From positions 19,654,001 through 19,718,000 of the forward strand of contig JBHGNT010000012.1 in assembly GCA_043228905.1 (NCBI GenBank): a stretch of 64,000 nucleotides of DNA, written 5' to 3'. The notes beneath the pieces are model-generated. The model was given only the letters and a program-made list of their open reading frames with translations, did no database searches and was not told the DNA's origin. Shown piece after piece: positions 26,531 to 39,132 of the stretch (position 1 is its first letter; every line of letters starts with the position of its first letter). A program made the translations under genes and the position numbers. This DNA comes from Azolla caroliniana. Its lineage: Eukaryota > Plantae > Polypodiophyta.

Positions 26531-28299
26531 GTGTCTCATCCAATCGAGTCGAACCATCCCATCTGTGTTAGTAGGGCTCATAGTGTCGACGTAATTGTTA
26601 TAAAAGGAAAAGAAAGCTTGCTTTACAAGAGTTGGAAACCTTTCTAGTGATCGGAAGCAACGCAATTATCATGGTGTGCTTTGATAGCATTCAAAATTCT
26701 TTTAACAGCCATTGTTAGGCTTGCGATAGGAGACAACTTAAATGTGTTAAAGCTTGATCATGATCTTTGATAGCAATCAAATATATGGCCATTGTTGGGC
26801 TTGAGACACCAAACAACCACCACATTTTGCTAGTTTTAAAGCTTCACATGCGGTTCGAGCAGACACTTTGAAATTAGATGAGAATGTAAACCTTTTATGT
26901 GGGAACTTCTCAATTCATCTATATAATTTGAGCACAGAAAATGTTGTTTGCCAAGTTTACAATATGCTTCCCACAATTAGGGCTATGCATGTGAGTCAAA
27001 GGATTCACAAAACAAAATGTAATGTTAAGTTGTCGATAGAATTAATTTGAGGTTTCGCAAAAAAATGTGGAATTGTTAAGTTTGCCAATGGAATCAATTT
27101 GCTTGATTGTTTGGTGTGTATGTTATCCTATTATGTGCTAAGAGTATTCCTACTACCCCTAGGAAATCCTCTCAAGTGGCCCTATTATTTCATCCATATC
27201 GCGTCAGTATTTCTTCTAGCCTTGGGAAAACTTTCATCTAAATTGACGCATAAAATTGTCCACAATGCCATGTAACTTTGATCTTCCAAAATGCCCACAT
27301 ACAATCTTCTTGTATTTCCTAACCTTCTTGTAAACAAACTGCCTCATTTGCATCGACAATGTATTTGTCACATCAAACTTCTCTTTAGTAGCCTTGGGTC
27401 ATTCTCAAAACATGTTCCGACACAAGGGTTAATTTACAATTCCTTCAGCAAGGAACATGCCTTTTCACATGTTTGATCCTTTTTTATGTGAATTTTGTTT
27501 CCTTGGTATGAATAGCATTGTTTGCACCTTACTACATGGTATTTGTGACTTGCTTCATACGTCCATGTGAAACCCTAATCATTCATATTTATGGCCTTCC
27601 TTCTCCATCCCACAGTGCACGTGTTTATTTGTTGTTTTACTTTACCTTTAACTTAGCATGATTTATTGTTTGATTTATTGTCTTTTGAATCTTTAGCCCT
27701 TGACACACAAGCAACATCTTCAAAGTTTGTTGTCCAAAATAGACGTGATGAAAATCTCTCTCTCCTACGGATGGTGTTTGTTGTACAAAAGAATATGTAA
27801 TTGGTATTGAGTTTCTTGGCTATGAGAAATCCACCAAACTATAAGCCCCCTTCATTAACATTGATAAGACACAAAAACGTGGAGACCACCAAAAGAGATA
27901 AGTCATTATCTTTGATGTAGGAAAGGGTGTTAGGGCATAAATATAGACACGTTTTGATTGTACATGTTTCAACCAAACAATTCACGAGTTTGAGTATTAC
28001 CCTCTACCACCGTTCTCCACCTTCAACATCATTCAAGCTTGCTTTCCTTGACCCATATTTTGTGTCCCTCAATCTCAATTTGCACCCTCAAATCGCAACA
28101 TTGAGTAGTAAAATTCATGAACACTAAGATGAAAACTTGGTGATAAAGAGTAACACACAAGTCACAAAAAACTATTTCTAATTATTTTAGAAAAACAAAG
28201 AATGACCTCATGTCTAGAATATATATTGCGAAGTTCTCAATCGAGAGAGTAAATAACCAATGAGAATTTATCAAATGTCTAATAGATCTATCCATAAGA

Positions 28300-28613
28300 C
28301 TTGTTACACACGTCAATGAACTCTTATAATTCATAGCGTTTGCAAAAGCATCCAATAATTCAAATGATATGATTTGTGTGTATTCATAGCTAAAGTGCCC
28401 AAATATTTGCTCATACCACCGCATGATTTGATTGAAACAAATACTCTTCTTGTTCCTAAGACGATTCTTTGTTATATTGAAACTCGACCTACATATTTTC
28501 CTAGAAGATCTTGCATTCTTAGATAAATGCGCATAAAGGCATCTTGTCTTGAATATTTTTCGAATATTCTTAGCATTATCAAATTGGATAAATGATAAGG
28601 TTGACATCAACAC
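28300..28613 (-). mobile_element. Possible hAT C-terminal dimerisation-domain remnant
   Basis: The ORF contains SFNITKNRLRN, resembling the hAT ERSFS..K.RLRN motif. Weak. Confidence 0.3.
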
Positions 28614-28916
28614 AATTCTAGAAGTGTTTTGTTTTCTAAGAGTAAATACAATTTACTCGTACAGTTGAATTTTTTTGCCTTTATTCTCGAAAATGCACCT
28701 GTGTTTTCATTAAATACTAGCAGTCCCATGGTCAATTCACTATGTCAATAATGTTAGATGAGCTACTTATACATTTTCTACACGTTTTGGCAAGGGCATG
28801 TGGAGTTGCCGATTCCAACTATCATCCATGATGCATCTAACCTACAACCAATTGTGCACAAACCTACACAACACATATTGTATTCATCCAAGCATGGGCC
28901 TTCCCTAAGACACATG

Positions 28917-28970
<54 letters not shown>

Positions 28971-29029
28971 CTTGGACTAGGCCCTATCTCATAGATTGCA
29001 AGTTGTCTCCATTGCAAGTTAAACCAACA

Positions 29030-29134
29030 TTTGTCTATCTATCTCTTCTTGATTTGTGCTTGTCATCCTTGCATTAGTGGCCAGGGTAATCTTCTATGTA
29101 TAATTCCACATCTATCAAATGTCCTCGAAGGGGC
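29030..29134 (-). pseudogene. U6 snRNA pseudogene
   Basis: Reverse complement GCCCCTTCGAGGACATTTGATAGATGTGGAATTATACATAGAAGATTACCCTGGCCACTAATGCAAGGATGACAAGCACAAATCAAGAA aligns along plant U6. The ACAGAGA box and AGC triad are mutated. Confidence 0.8.
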
Positions 29135-29893
29135 AATAATCTCTCTCTCTCTCTCTCTCTTCGATGAATGGGTAAATACCCCATTTTTGTTACAAACCAA
29201 TTGTCTCATGGGCCAATTTTGGTCATAGAAGACGTTAATATATCTATCTTTCTTTCTTTCTCTCATGATTAGTGGGGGCAAGTGGTTGCGAGCAACTTAG
29301 GTGGTAGCCACGATCATTGTTGCCTAATCGTTTGAGTGCTCGGGTGTGGAGAGTCCCGAAGGTGGCAATCGTAACACAACCCACTGTACAAAAAAGAGTA
29401 TCGAAATTAGTGTTTCATCAATCTTCATCCGCGACTACTACCCGACATTCCGCAAATGGCATCCAATAAATTAAGAGGAAATTTGTATGGGGGGGGTAAT
29501 AGAGAAGAAGAAAGAAAGAATCGGGGTTCGAACCCAAGACCTAAACGAGGCTAGTAGTAAGTAAGTAGCCTATGAACTTATTATCACTAGGGCAAAGCTA
29601 ATTTATGAGTAAAAAACCAAAGAAAGAGGGGCAGGGGCATTTCGGGAATTACCAAGCCTGATCAGGGGTATTCTACGAATTATATTTTCTTCTTCTTCTA
29701 CTACTACTAGAGAGAGAGAAGAGAGAGATAGAGAGAAACCCTTGCTTCTCCTCTCTTCTTCTTCTTCTTCTTCATCTTCTTCTTCTTCTTCTGCGACTGT
29801 GCAGCGGCAGTAGCAAACAGACAGACAGACAGACAGTCAGACACAGAGAAAGAAAGAAGAAAGAAGTCCGAAATCTGAGATCGGACAGCTCCC

Positions 29894-32318
29894 ATGGCCG
29901 CCATTGAGCTCCCAGATCTCAGCACCCTCTCCGGTCTCAAGGACTTCGATCAGTTCCTCCTCTCTAAGACCTACATCTCCGGGTTCGTCGCTCTTCTTGC
30001 CTTTCTCCCTTCCTGTTTTCTGTTGTTTGTTTGTTTGTTTCCTGTGGTTTTTTTGTGTTTCTACGCCTTCTCCTTGAGCTTCTTTATCCATCCATTGAAG
30101 GTCATTCTTTATCATATCTTTTACGCCTGCGTTTCTTTTCTGCGCTTGGTGTATTGTTTTCTTCGTCTGGAGAAAAATGGAGCTTTCGTTCTGAATGTTA
30201 TTAAGTTTGTACGTGTATTATCTGCGCGTTTGAGGTGTTCTTCTTGTATTGTTTTCTTCTCTGAAGCAAAATGCAGCTTTTGTTCTGAATATTCAATGTG
30301 CGTGTGCGTGTATTTTCTGCGAATTTCAGGTGTTCTTCCTGGATATGTAATTCTTGCTGTACTCTCGATCTAGCTTGTAGGATTTCGTTTTTCTATTATT
30401 GTTTAGATGGATTAGTCTTTTCAATTAAACATCCATTTTTATGAAGTGAAACATGTCATCTTCTCCATGCCCGTCGTTTTCTCTGTTTTTCATCGTCTCC
30501 TTTCTGAAGTGTATACGCTTTTTTCATCTGTTTAAATGAACGTTCTTCGTATCTTGTAGAAAAAAGACGCGTTTTGTGCGTTTTCTGAGTGTTTTAGGGG
30601 TTCTCTCTTTGAAAATGTATGCTTGCTAGTATTGTTGAACCATTCGCTCCTCTTGTACATGCGTATACATGGATACTATTCTCTGTGTTATTTCTCTGCT
30701 GATTATTTCTTTCACCCTTCGGAAAGTAGAATACCTGAAATCCAGTATTCCATGTCTAAACATGTAATGCTATTTCTGTCCATAGTGGGAACCTGGCTAT
30801 CTGTGCAAGTTTGGATCATGCCATATATTGGTGCTGAGCTAATAATCTATATGGCTGTCTTAGCACTATTACTTGGTGTGGTTTTTTATCGTCTAATTTC
30901 ATGTTGTATTACCATGTTCATTTTATTACTTTTTAATTTCGTTTCTGTTTTTCAGTGATCAACCTTCAAAGGATGATGTTGAGGCATTCTGTGCTTTTCC
31001 ACAAGCTCCGAGTGCTGACCTTGCAAATGTATCACGATGGTACAATCAGATCTCAGCGTCCCTTCAGAAATAGTAAGTTACAGACTGTTCGGAATCTCTT
31101 CGCATATGCAGTCTGCCTATGCACAAGATTCTAATATGTTACATTTATACTCTTATGAGAATAGTGATGATTAGCTACAAATATTTACTGTGTAAAGTTA
31201 TTATTCTTTTATGGCAGAGTCTGGATATTGAAAGAATTTGTACCTAGTATGCAAAACGAATATTAACGCTTCTTTCTTCAACATGACTATTTTTTCTCTT
31301 CCAGTTTTCCTGGTAAATCAGTTGGTGTGAAGATTGCTGGATCTCATGTAGTTCAACCCAAGGAATCCTCTAATGGAACTGAGGCCGCTGCTCCAGCAGA
31401 GGTATGCATTAGTGAATCTAGTATCTTTCCTGCTGGAAAGCAGATTTGTTATTGAATTTGAGGTCAAGTATACTAAAGCATTGAAAGATATTTAAATATT
31501 GAAAGCAATATTTTAAATGCTTGTGGATATTTAAATGATGGTAGATTGCTAAGGCACATGTGATCTTGAATTTCAATTCAACTCCAGGCTGTGGATGATG
31601 ATGATGATGACTTGGATCTCTTTGGTGAGGAAACTGAAGAGGAAAAGAAAGCCTCTGCTGAACGAGAGGCTAAGAAAGCTGCATCTGGGAAGAAGAAAGA
31701 AAGTGCGTAGTTTTAAAGACAAGAACTCATTTCTTGAGCTTATTTTCTCATAACCACTTATACTTCGAGCTTATTTGCTTGTAACAATCATAAATGTGAA
31801 GTTATGTTCTTCATTAGGTGGAAAGTCTTCTGTTCTTTTGGATGTTAAGCCGTGGGACGATGAAACTGACATGGTAAAGCTTGAAGAGGCAGTTCGCAGT
31901 GTTGAGATGCCTGGTCTTTTTTGGGGTGCATGTAAGTAGTTCTGTGCATGTAACTTATTAAATCATGCTTTTATCTTTGTTATCTAAAATTTTTCTAGTT
32001 TAGTTAGTTTTTTATTTCTGTATTGTTTGTTGATGCGGTTCCTGTTCTTTGTGCAGCAAAGCTCGCTCCTGTTGGATATGGAATCAAGAAGCTAGTGATA
32101 ATGATGACAATTGAAGATGATCTAGTTTCTGTGGACAACCTCATTGAGGACTATCTGCTTGAGGAGCCTCGAAACGAGTTCATTCAGAGCTGTGACATTG
32201 TCGCTTTTAACAAGATTTGTAAGAATTCTTCATTTTTTATTGGTTGTGACAGTGAAGCACTCATGTTTGTGTTTATACTGGGGATTATGTGTCTGATGCA
32301 TGTTTGTTTTTTGCAGAA
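29894..32318 (+). CDS. EF1B: Translation elongation factor 1B (beta/delta-type guanine exchange subunit), 7 coding exons
   Basis: Exons 29894-29982, 30956-31072, 31305-31401, 31588-31702, 31818-31931, 32057-32218 and 32317-32318, all GT-AG and in phase. Motifs [54 protein letters not shown]. Confidence 0.95.
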
Positions 32319-32361
32319 ATTGGTGTGGTCATGTTGAATCAAACATGTTAGGGATGCCGGC

Positions 32362-32890
32362 CTAAGATTTGTGTCAATCTGAGAGAATTTGGATTTCCTG
32401 TTTTGTCTATTTTTTGTCTTGACCTTTTAAAGTGAATTCAAACTAATCCTATGGTTTCATAATAGTAATTCATGGAAATGTTTTTTGTGCACGTCCTTAC
32501 GAAGGAAAAAAATGGTTGGTGAGTATTCACAAATGTTGAGTGTAAACTATGTGCTCACTTCTATCAATTGATGGTTTTTAGAATTGGAGTTCCCCACCTG
32601 CACACACTGTATTCGTTTCCTTATGATGCATTGGCTTGCATAAGATTTGTGTCAATCTGAGAGAATTTGGATTTCCTGTTTTTTCTAGTTTTAGTCTCGA
32701 CCTTTTAAATTTCAAAATAATCTTATGGTGTCATTATAGTAATTCATGGAAATGTTTCTATTACATGTCAGTACGAAGAAAAAATGGTTGTTAGTATTTG
32801 CCAATGTTGAGTATTAACTACATTCTCACATCTATCATCTGATGGGTGTAGAATGAGAGTTTCCCCACACAGTGTATTTGTTTTCTTATG
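32362..32890 (+). repeat. Tandem duplication (~278 bp) of the EF1B 3' UTR region
   Basis: taagatttgtgtcaatctgagagaatttggatttcctgtttt occurs at ~32362 and ~32641, with colinear downstream similarity. Confidence 0.85.
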
Positions 32891-34568
32891 TATTTGGGGG
32901 TCTAACTGGAATGTCCGCTTAGTCTCATTTCCTTGGACTTTGAATTTGTTTAATAAGAGACTGTTTTGAGACAGGGTTGTCCTATGTGCAAAGTTTGAAA
33001 TAAATGTGTCATTAGAACACTAAATAAATCCATCCATCTGTCAACCAAGCTACATTTGGAAGTAAGGGCAGTTCTTAATGGATCACATAAGGATTCCATG
33101 GGGGGACTAAATCTGCTGATAGGCGAATTATGGCTTGCTATGAGATTCTAACTGCTTTCTGTCATGCTTGATTACCTGCCAACCTTGCCCAAGTACTCAA
33201 TAAATTAAGGTTAGAGCTTGACTACAGTTGATACTTGGGAATAATTGTGTGTTACCAATTTGTATGTTGAAAGTTCTTTTTATATCGGATATTTCTTATG
33301 TTCTAATTTGTTTTTAACAAAGGATAAAGAGTAATTTGTATGTTATTTGGATTCTCATCAAGTAATGGATTATTATCTTGTTTGCATTCACCCTGTTGAA
33401 GGGGAATAAATGCTCATTTTTCTCTGAATAGGATGCATGCCAGGTATCTTTTTACAATTACTTTGGGGTATAACATCTTTTGCCTTTGCCCATGAAGAAA
33501 ATTAATGTGAAGCACTCAAACATGCAAAAGAGAAGAGAAACAAAGAGTGTTTTTAACAGAGTTTGTGATACACTAATCAGTTTGCACAATGCAATTTGTC
33601 TAGTTGTGTGGACGTGTAAGATTGATATTACATGAATCTTTTTCAAATTTCTGGAAATTTCCAAATACAGAATGAAGAATTATCTTGCGTTTGTGTACAT
33701 GAAATAAATGAGACGATTGGTATCCACAAAAGAACCAATTACCAAATATTAATAAGTTGTATTAACAACAAATAATAAGAAGTTAATGTTGTGAAAATGT
33801 GCAAGTTCATAAATTACCTTGTAACTAGTTATGGGCCCAGTTTTTGCTCAAATCTAGCTGAACCATTAAGCCATGGTTTAATGGTTTGTTGGTCCCCATA
33901 TATTTCAACGGTGTGGTTTGCTTCTATAACTTGGATTTATTGGTTTATATGTCTAAATGTTGCGGGCCAATGGTTTGTTGGTTTTTTATTAACTTTTAAC
34001 TTTTATTTATTTTCTGAATTGTTTATTTATTTAATGGTTTAATCAATGTTTTTTTTATTGATTTAATAATTTAACTATGCTTAATTAATGTCATGGTTTA
34101 TTGTTTAATGTTTTCTTATTTATTGAAATTAATTAAGTTAACTTAAATGTTTATTTTAATTTAATGTACTTTTGTTTATTTAATTTTTTAATTGATTCGA
34201 CTTAAATGGTTAGGTTTAAAATTTTGATTAGATGATTTGGTTTGCCACAACTTTCTCTTTACGATCTGGTTTATCTTTTCCTTAGAATGTTTGATTTAAG
34301 TGGCTCGAGAGTTCCTAAACAGTTTGGTTTGGTAATTTGTTTTCTATACCTTGAAATTGTGCTCCATATCTGCTTGCAACTATCTATACTCTATAGTTCT
34401 GTAACATGTTTGGCTTGATCAAATCGCAAATAAGGGCAATAAAGTAATTAGTTATGTTGTTAGAAATAAGGTAGGTGGATGTTTTAATTAGTTTAGGTAA
34501 ATGTATATATGGTCAAATGTTTTAGTATTTCTTCTTGATCTTCTAGACTTCTTGCTCCTTGAAGACAA

Positions 34569-34604
<36 letters not shown>

Positions 34605-34899
34605 ATGTGAGTTGTCGTAATCCTAATTAATTGAAGCATTGGCTAGGGAAACGTCGTCGTTATAGACACAACTTTAGGTATTAATGAAGGCTAATCTGTC
34701 ATAAGTAAATAAATGAGGAGCGATAGTTATGCTAGGAAGACAACCTAAGCAAGGGCCCAAAGATGGGTCCCACATGAGAAATCTACCAAGCAAACACAAA
34801 TTCAAAGCTCTTACCAACAAGAATATGACAATGTACTATTATAGTATGAGCCGTGTAACCAAATGACTCTTGGTTATATCCCCCGTTACTATGCTCCTA

Positions 34900-37010
34900 C
34901 CATTCTTCTTCATGCCTTGAAGGTTTTTCATTCAAGGCAACTATTTGTTTTGAATCTACCTCGATAAATTCACTAGCTTTACCAAATTTTGGATGAGCAA
35001 CTTGTTTAAATGACACCACCTTTACTTGAGAACATTTAATCTTGATTGTTCGAATATTGAAAATATTTCGGTCGAAACCATCAATGGGCAAATGTTTTCA
35101 TTGGTGTAGTTACGGAAGCGACTACCCCTTTAGTCTTTCAAATAAGGCCCGCCAAGAGGAACTTATCGTTTACCTCATTGCCTCACCCCGACATCCGATC
35201 GTACTCGCACTTTCATGGTTTGACATTCACAATGTGGTGGTGGATTGGTCTAGACCTCCATCACCTTTAGCCCAAAGACACATCCACAAAGTCTCTTTCA
35301 CTTCGACTCCAAGTAAAGAAAGCCTCAACTCAATCACTATGACCCTTCCTCTAGCATGGACAAATGGTGTCTCAGTTATGGATTCTCCTATTTTAGCGAA
35401 GTCTCCTAACATGTTCCTTGCTCCAATGAGGACCGATTCCAACTCAATTCCTCACTACCTAATTTCAATGAGAACTAATTGTGACTCGGCCACTAACTCT
35501 TTCGTCTCAAGGGAGGGGACTTATTCCAACTTGGCTGCCCAATCTTGACTCCCTACCTATGAACTATGAGATCTTTCCTAATGTGCTTGAGAAGAAAAAT
35601 GTGGATCTTTTGCTTGAACATAGACCTAATGATTGTTCAATCAACCTGCAAGAACGCACATGTCCACACTTCGGTTCCATTTATGGGCTACTTGAACTAG
35701 AGTTAGAGGCTTTGAGAACTTTTATTGAAGATAATCTTAAGAAGGGTTTCATTCAATCGTCTAAGTCACTAGTAGGCGCCGCAATTTTATTCGTAAAAAG
35801 GAATGATACATAATAGCTACATGTTACCTTTGATTATGTTATAATCAGTATACATCAAACTCGGTGAGGAATTGAAAACGACATTTAGAACGTGATATGG
35901 CCATTTTGAATACAACGTAATGTCCTTTGGCCTCACAAATGTTATGGCAGGTGCTTCGAGAGCACAAACTATATACCAAAAGAGAGAAATGTGAGTTTAA
36001 TTGTATTTTCGTGATGGATACAAGGAAGGTCAAGAGTTCTAAAGAGAGGGCCACTCTAACTCAACTAAAACATGTATAGTCATTCCTCAGGTTTGTGAAT
36101 TTCGATTGATAAGTTATCAAGGGGTTCTCGACAATTGCGTAATCCATAATAGCGGTGATGGACAAAGATTCTCCTTTTCGTTGGACTACAAGTGCCCACA
36201 ATGCTTTCAAGTTACTAAAGCAAACATTCATCACTACCCCCGTACTCTTGCATCCTAACCCAACCAAGCCCCTCCAAGTCGAAATTGATGCCATCCTATC
36301 CAAACCCTATTATACAGACATTTTTCATCCAATGGCCAACTGCTCTAGAAAGTTCATTGCTCCAAAAAACAACTAACCAGTATACAACAATGAGCTTGAT
36401 GATATTTTCGCAGGTTTCAAAGAATGACGACCTTATTTGTTTGGGGCACAACACCATGTTCAAGTGATTACCAATCACTAAATTTTGCTCTACTTCTCAA
36501 CCACTCGAATGTTAAATTAATGTCAAGCTCATTGGTCAACTTTTTTAGCTGACTATGCCTTGGAAATATTATTTCGGCTTGGGATCCAACACATGAAGGT
36601 TGTTGACATACTTTCTCAACAATCAGAAATTGAGCTTGAGTCGAAGGATGACACATGTGACCAATAATCCCAATGTTTGTTGAAGCTAGATCAATTCCAT
36701 ATCTTTGCGGCATACATGTTACACGAGGACTCTTTGCCCAAAGAGATAGCCGAAGCATTGAAGATAGGCAAATTTACAAATGAAATTAAGGTAAGGATTA
36801 ATAACCCATTCAAAGAGATGATGAATAGGGTGGAACTCAACTAGTTCAAAGTCAAGAACGGATTCATATATTGAGAGAATCTTTTATATGTTCCTAAAGG
36901 AGTGTTTCGAACTCGAGTATTTGCAAATGTGCCATAATGACCCACCCGTTGGCCATTTTTGAGTCATGAAGACCCTAGAATTAGTCTCTCGAGGATATTG
37001 GTGGCCTCCT
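34900..37010 (+). mobile_element. Degraded Ty3/gypsy chromovirus-type (Tf1/sushi/Tcn1-like) pol
   Basis: Protease (HPIVLALSWF..HN..VDW), RT N-terminus (EHRPNDCSINL, LELEALRTFIEDNLKKGFIQSSKS..GAAILFVK), RT-RH connection (KDSPFRWT..AFKLLKQ.F.TTPVLLHP) and integrase zinc finger (CH.DP..GHF, YWWP). Confidence 0.85.
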
Positions 37011-37489
37011 TTCTAATATTCGCCAACATGTAACCAATGAAAAATTTCAAGGACAGGAGGGGATGATATGAGCGTGGACACACATGCACCACTCGGTCTC
37101 TCCCGCGCTGAAGAAGACACCAAAGAACAACCAAATGCCCTTGGATGTCGGGCTTCAAAATCACTCATTGTGTAGAAGCAATTATGAAGATAATGGAACA
37201 TGAGTCACACAACCTAGAAGCCATGGTTGGGGTACCTTTTACATCGGGAACATGGGCCACACCCACACCCAAACACTTTGACCTGCCACTCCTTTTCGAG
37301 AGACTTGGATGGAAATGAACTGAGAACTCTTTAAATATCTAAGTTTTATTTTATTTTTATTTTGAATGATCGGGTACACAACCCATTTTGTTGTAAACCA
37401 ATTGTCTCATGGGCCAAATTCTGTCTTAGAAGACGTTAATATATTTCTCTTTCTTTCTTCTCCCCATGTTTAAACCTCCTAGTCCCGAC

Positions 37490-37681
37490 ATATTGCTTAT
37501 CAAGGACTAATGGCCATCTTCTCAGTCATGACATATTGCTTATGGAGGACTCGTGGACATTCTCTCTCTCTCTCTCTCTCTCTCTCCAAGTCCAAACATA
37601 TTGCTTATGGAGGACTCGTGGACATTCTCTCTCTCTCTCTCTCCAAGTCCAAACATATTGCTTATGGAGGACTCGTGGACA

Positions 37682-37712
<31 letters not shown>

Positions 37713-38821
37713 CAAGTCCAAACCTCCTGCTCATGGTCATGGCAGATGACTTATTAGTGACCAATGGACCTGATCTCTCTCCCTCCACCCCTGCCTAGTG
37801 GATGTGATCTTTCTCTTTCTCTCTCTCTCTTCTTGATTCCAAACCTCTTAGTCATGGCAAATGACTTATCATCCGATGACTAGTGGACATGATCTCTCTC
37901 CCTCTCCCTCTCCCCTTGATTCCAAACCTGTTAGTTAGGGTAGGTGACTAGTCGACATGATCGATCTCGATCTATCTCTCTATCTCTCTTTATTAGTGTA
38001 ATTAGCTTACCCTAGTGGTAAGTTGTTAACACTACAAGCATTACATCTTGGGTTCGAAACCTAATTTTCTCACGTTTCTCTATTATAAACTTCATATATA
38101 CCTCTTAATTCACTAGATGCCACTGTGGAACGTAGGGGTTGAACCCATGACCACCTGGTCTCCATTGGGCAACCTTACCAACAGAGCTACATTCATTTGG
38201 TCTCTCTATTATAAACTTCATATATATCTCTTAATTCACTAGATGCCATTGTGGAATGTAAGGGGTTGAACCCATGACCACATGGTCTCCATTGGGCAAC
38301 CTTACCAACAGAGCTACATTCATTTGGTCTCTCTATTATAAACTTCATATATATCTCTTAATTCACTAGATGCCATTGTGGAATGTAAGGGGTTGAACCC
38401 ATGACCACATGGTCTCCATTGGGCCAACTTACCAACAGAGCTACATCCATCACGTCTCCCTATTAGAAACTTCATATATATCTCTTAATTCACTAGATGG
38501 CACTGTGGAATGTAGAGGTTGAACCCATGACCACCTGGTCTCCATTGGGCAACCTTACCAATTGAGCTACATCCATCTGGGTTCTCTCTCTCTCTCTCTT
38601 CTTGAGTCCAAACCTCTTAGTCATAGTAGATGACTTATCGATGACTAGTGGACATGATCTCTCTCTCTCTCTCTCTCTCTCTTCTTGAGTCCAAACCTCT
38701 TAGTCATAGTAGATGACTTATCGATGACTAGTGGACATGATCTCTCTCTCTCTCTCTCTCTCTTCTTGAGTCCAAACCTCTTAGTCATGGAAAATGACTT
38801 ATTGATGACTAGTGGACATGA

Positions 38822-38871
<50 letters not shown>

Positions 38872-38940
38872 CTTGATTCCAAACCTCTTAGTCATGGCAT
38901 ATGGCTTATCGACGACTAGTGGACATGATCTCTCTCTCTA
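37490..38940. repeat. Compound repeat region: (CT)n-containing ~60-bp units flanking a tRNA-like array
   Basis: Units tccaaac...gtggacat(CT)n at 37490-37980 and 38580-38940. Confidence 0.85.
38077..38580 (-). repeat. Four tandem ~126-bp units, each carrying a tRNA-derived (SINE-head-like) A-box/B-box cassette
   Basis: Unit reverse complement: GTAGCTCTGTTGGTAAGGTTGCCCAATGGAGACCAGGTGGTCATGGGTTCAACCCC, with A-box TAGCTCTGTTGG and B-box GGTTCAACCCC. Confidence 0.75.
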
Positions 38941-39052
38941 GACTCGGAGTCAAACTTTTGTGTGTGTGTGTGTGTGTGTTGTGTGTGTGTTGTGTGTGAT
39001 GGAGCATGTATGTATACATAGATGAATGGATGAAAGGTTGACTCGTGTGGCT

Positions 39053-39132
<80 letters not shown>

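Noticed and set aside
26055-26543. His-rich 162-aa minus-strand ORF
   Set aside because: It is a translation of low-complexity CAT/ATG repeats with no domain evidence.
29983-30958. Hydrophobic ORFs 29894-30373 and 30623-30958 as membrane proteins
   Set aside because: They are read-through into the T-rich EF1B intron 1.
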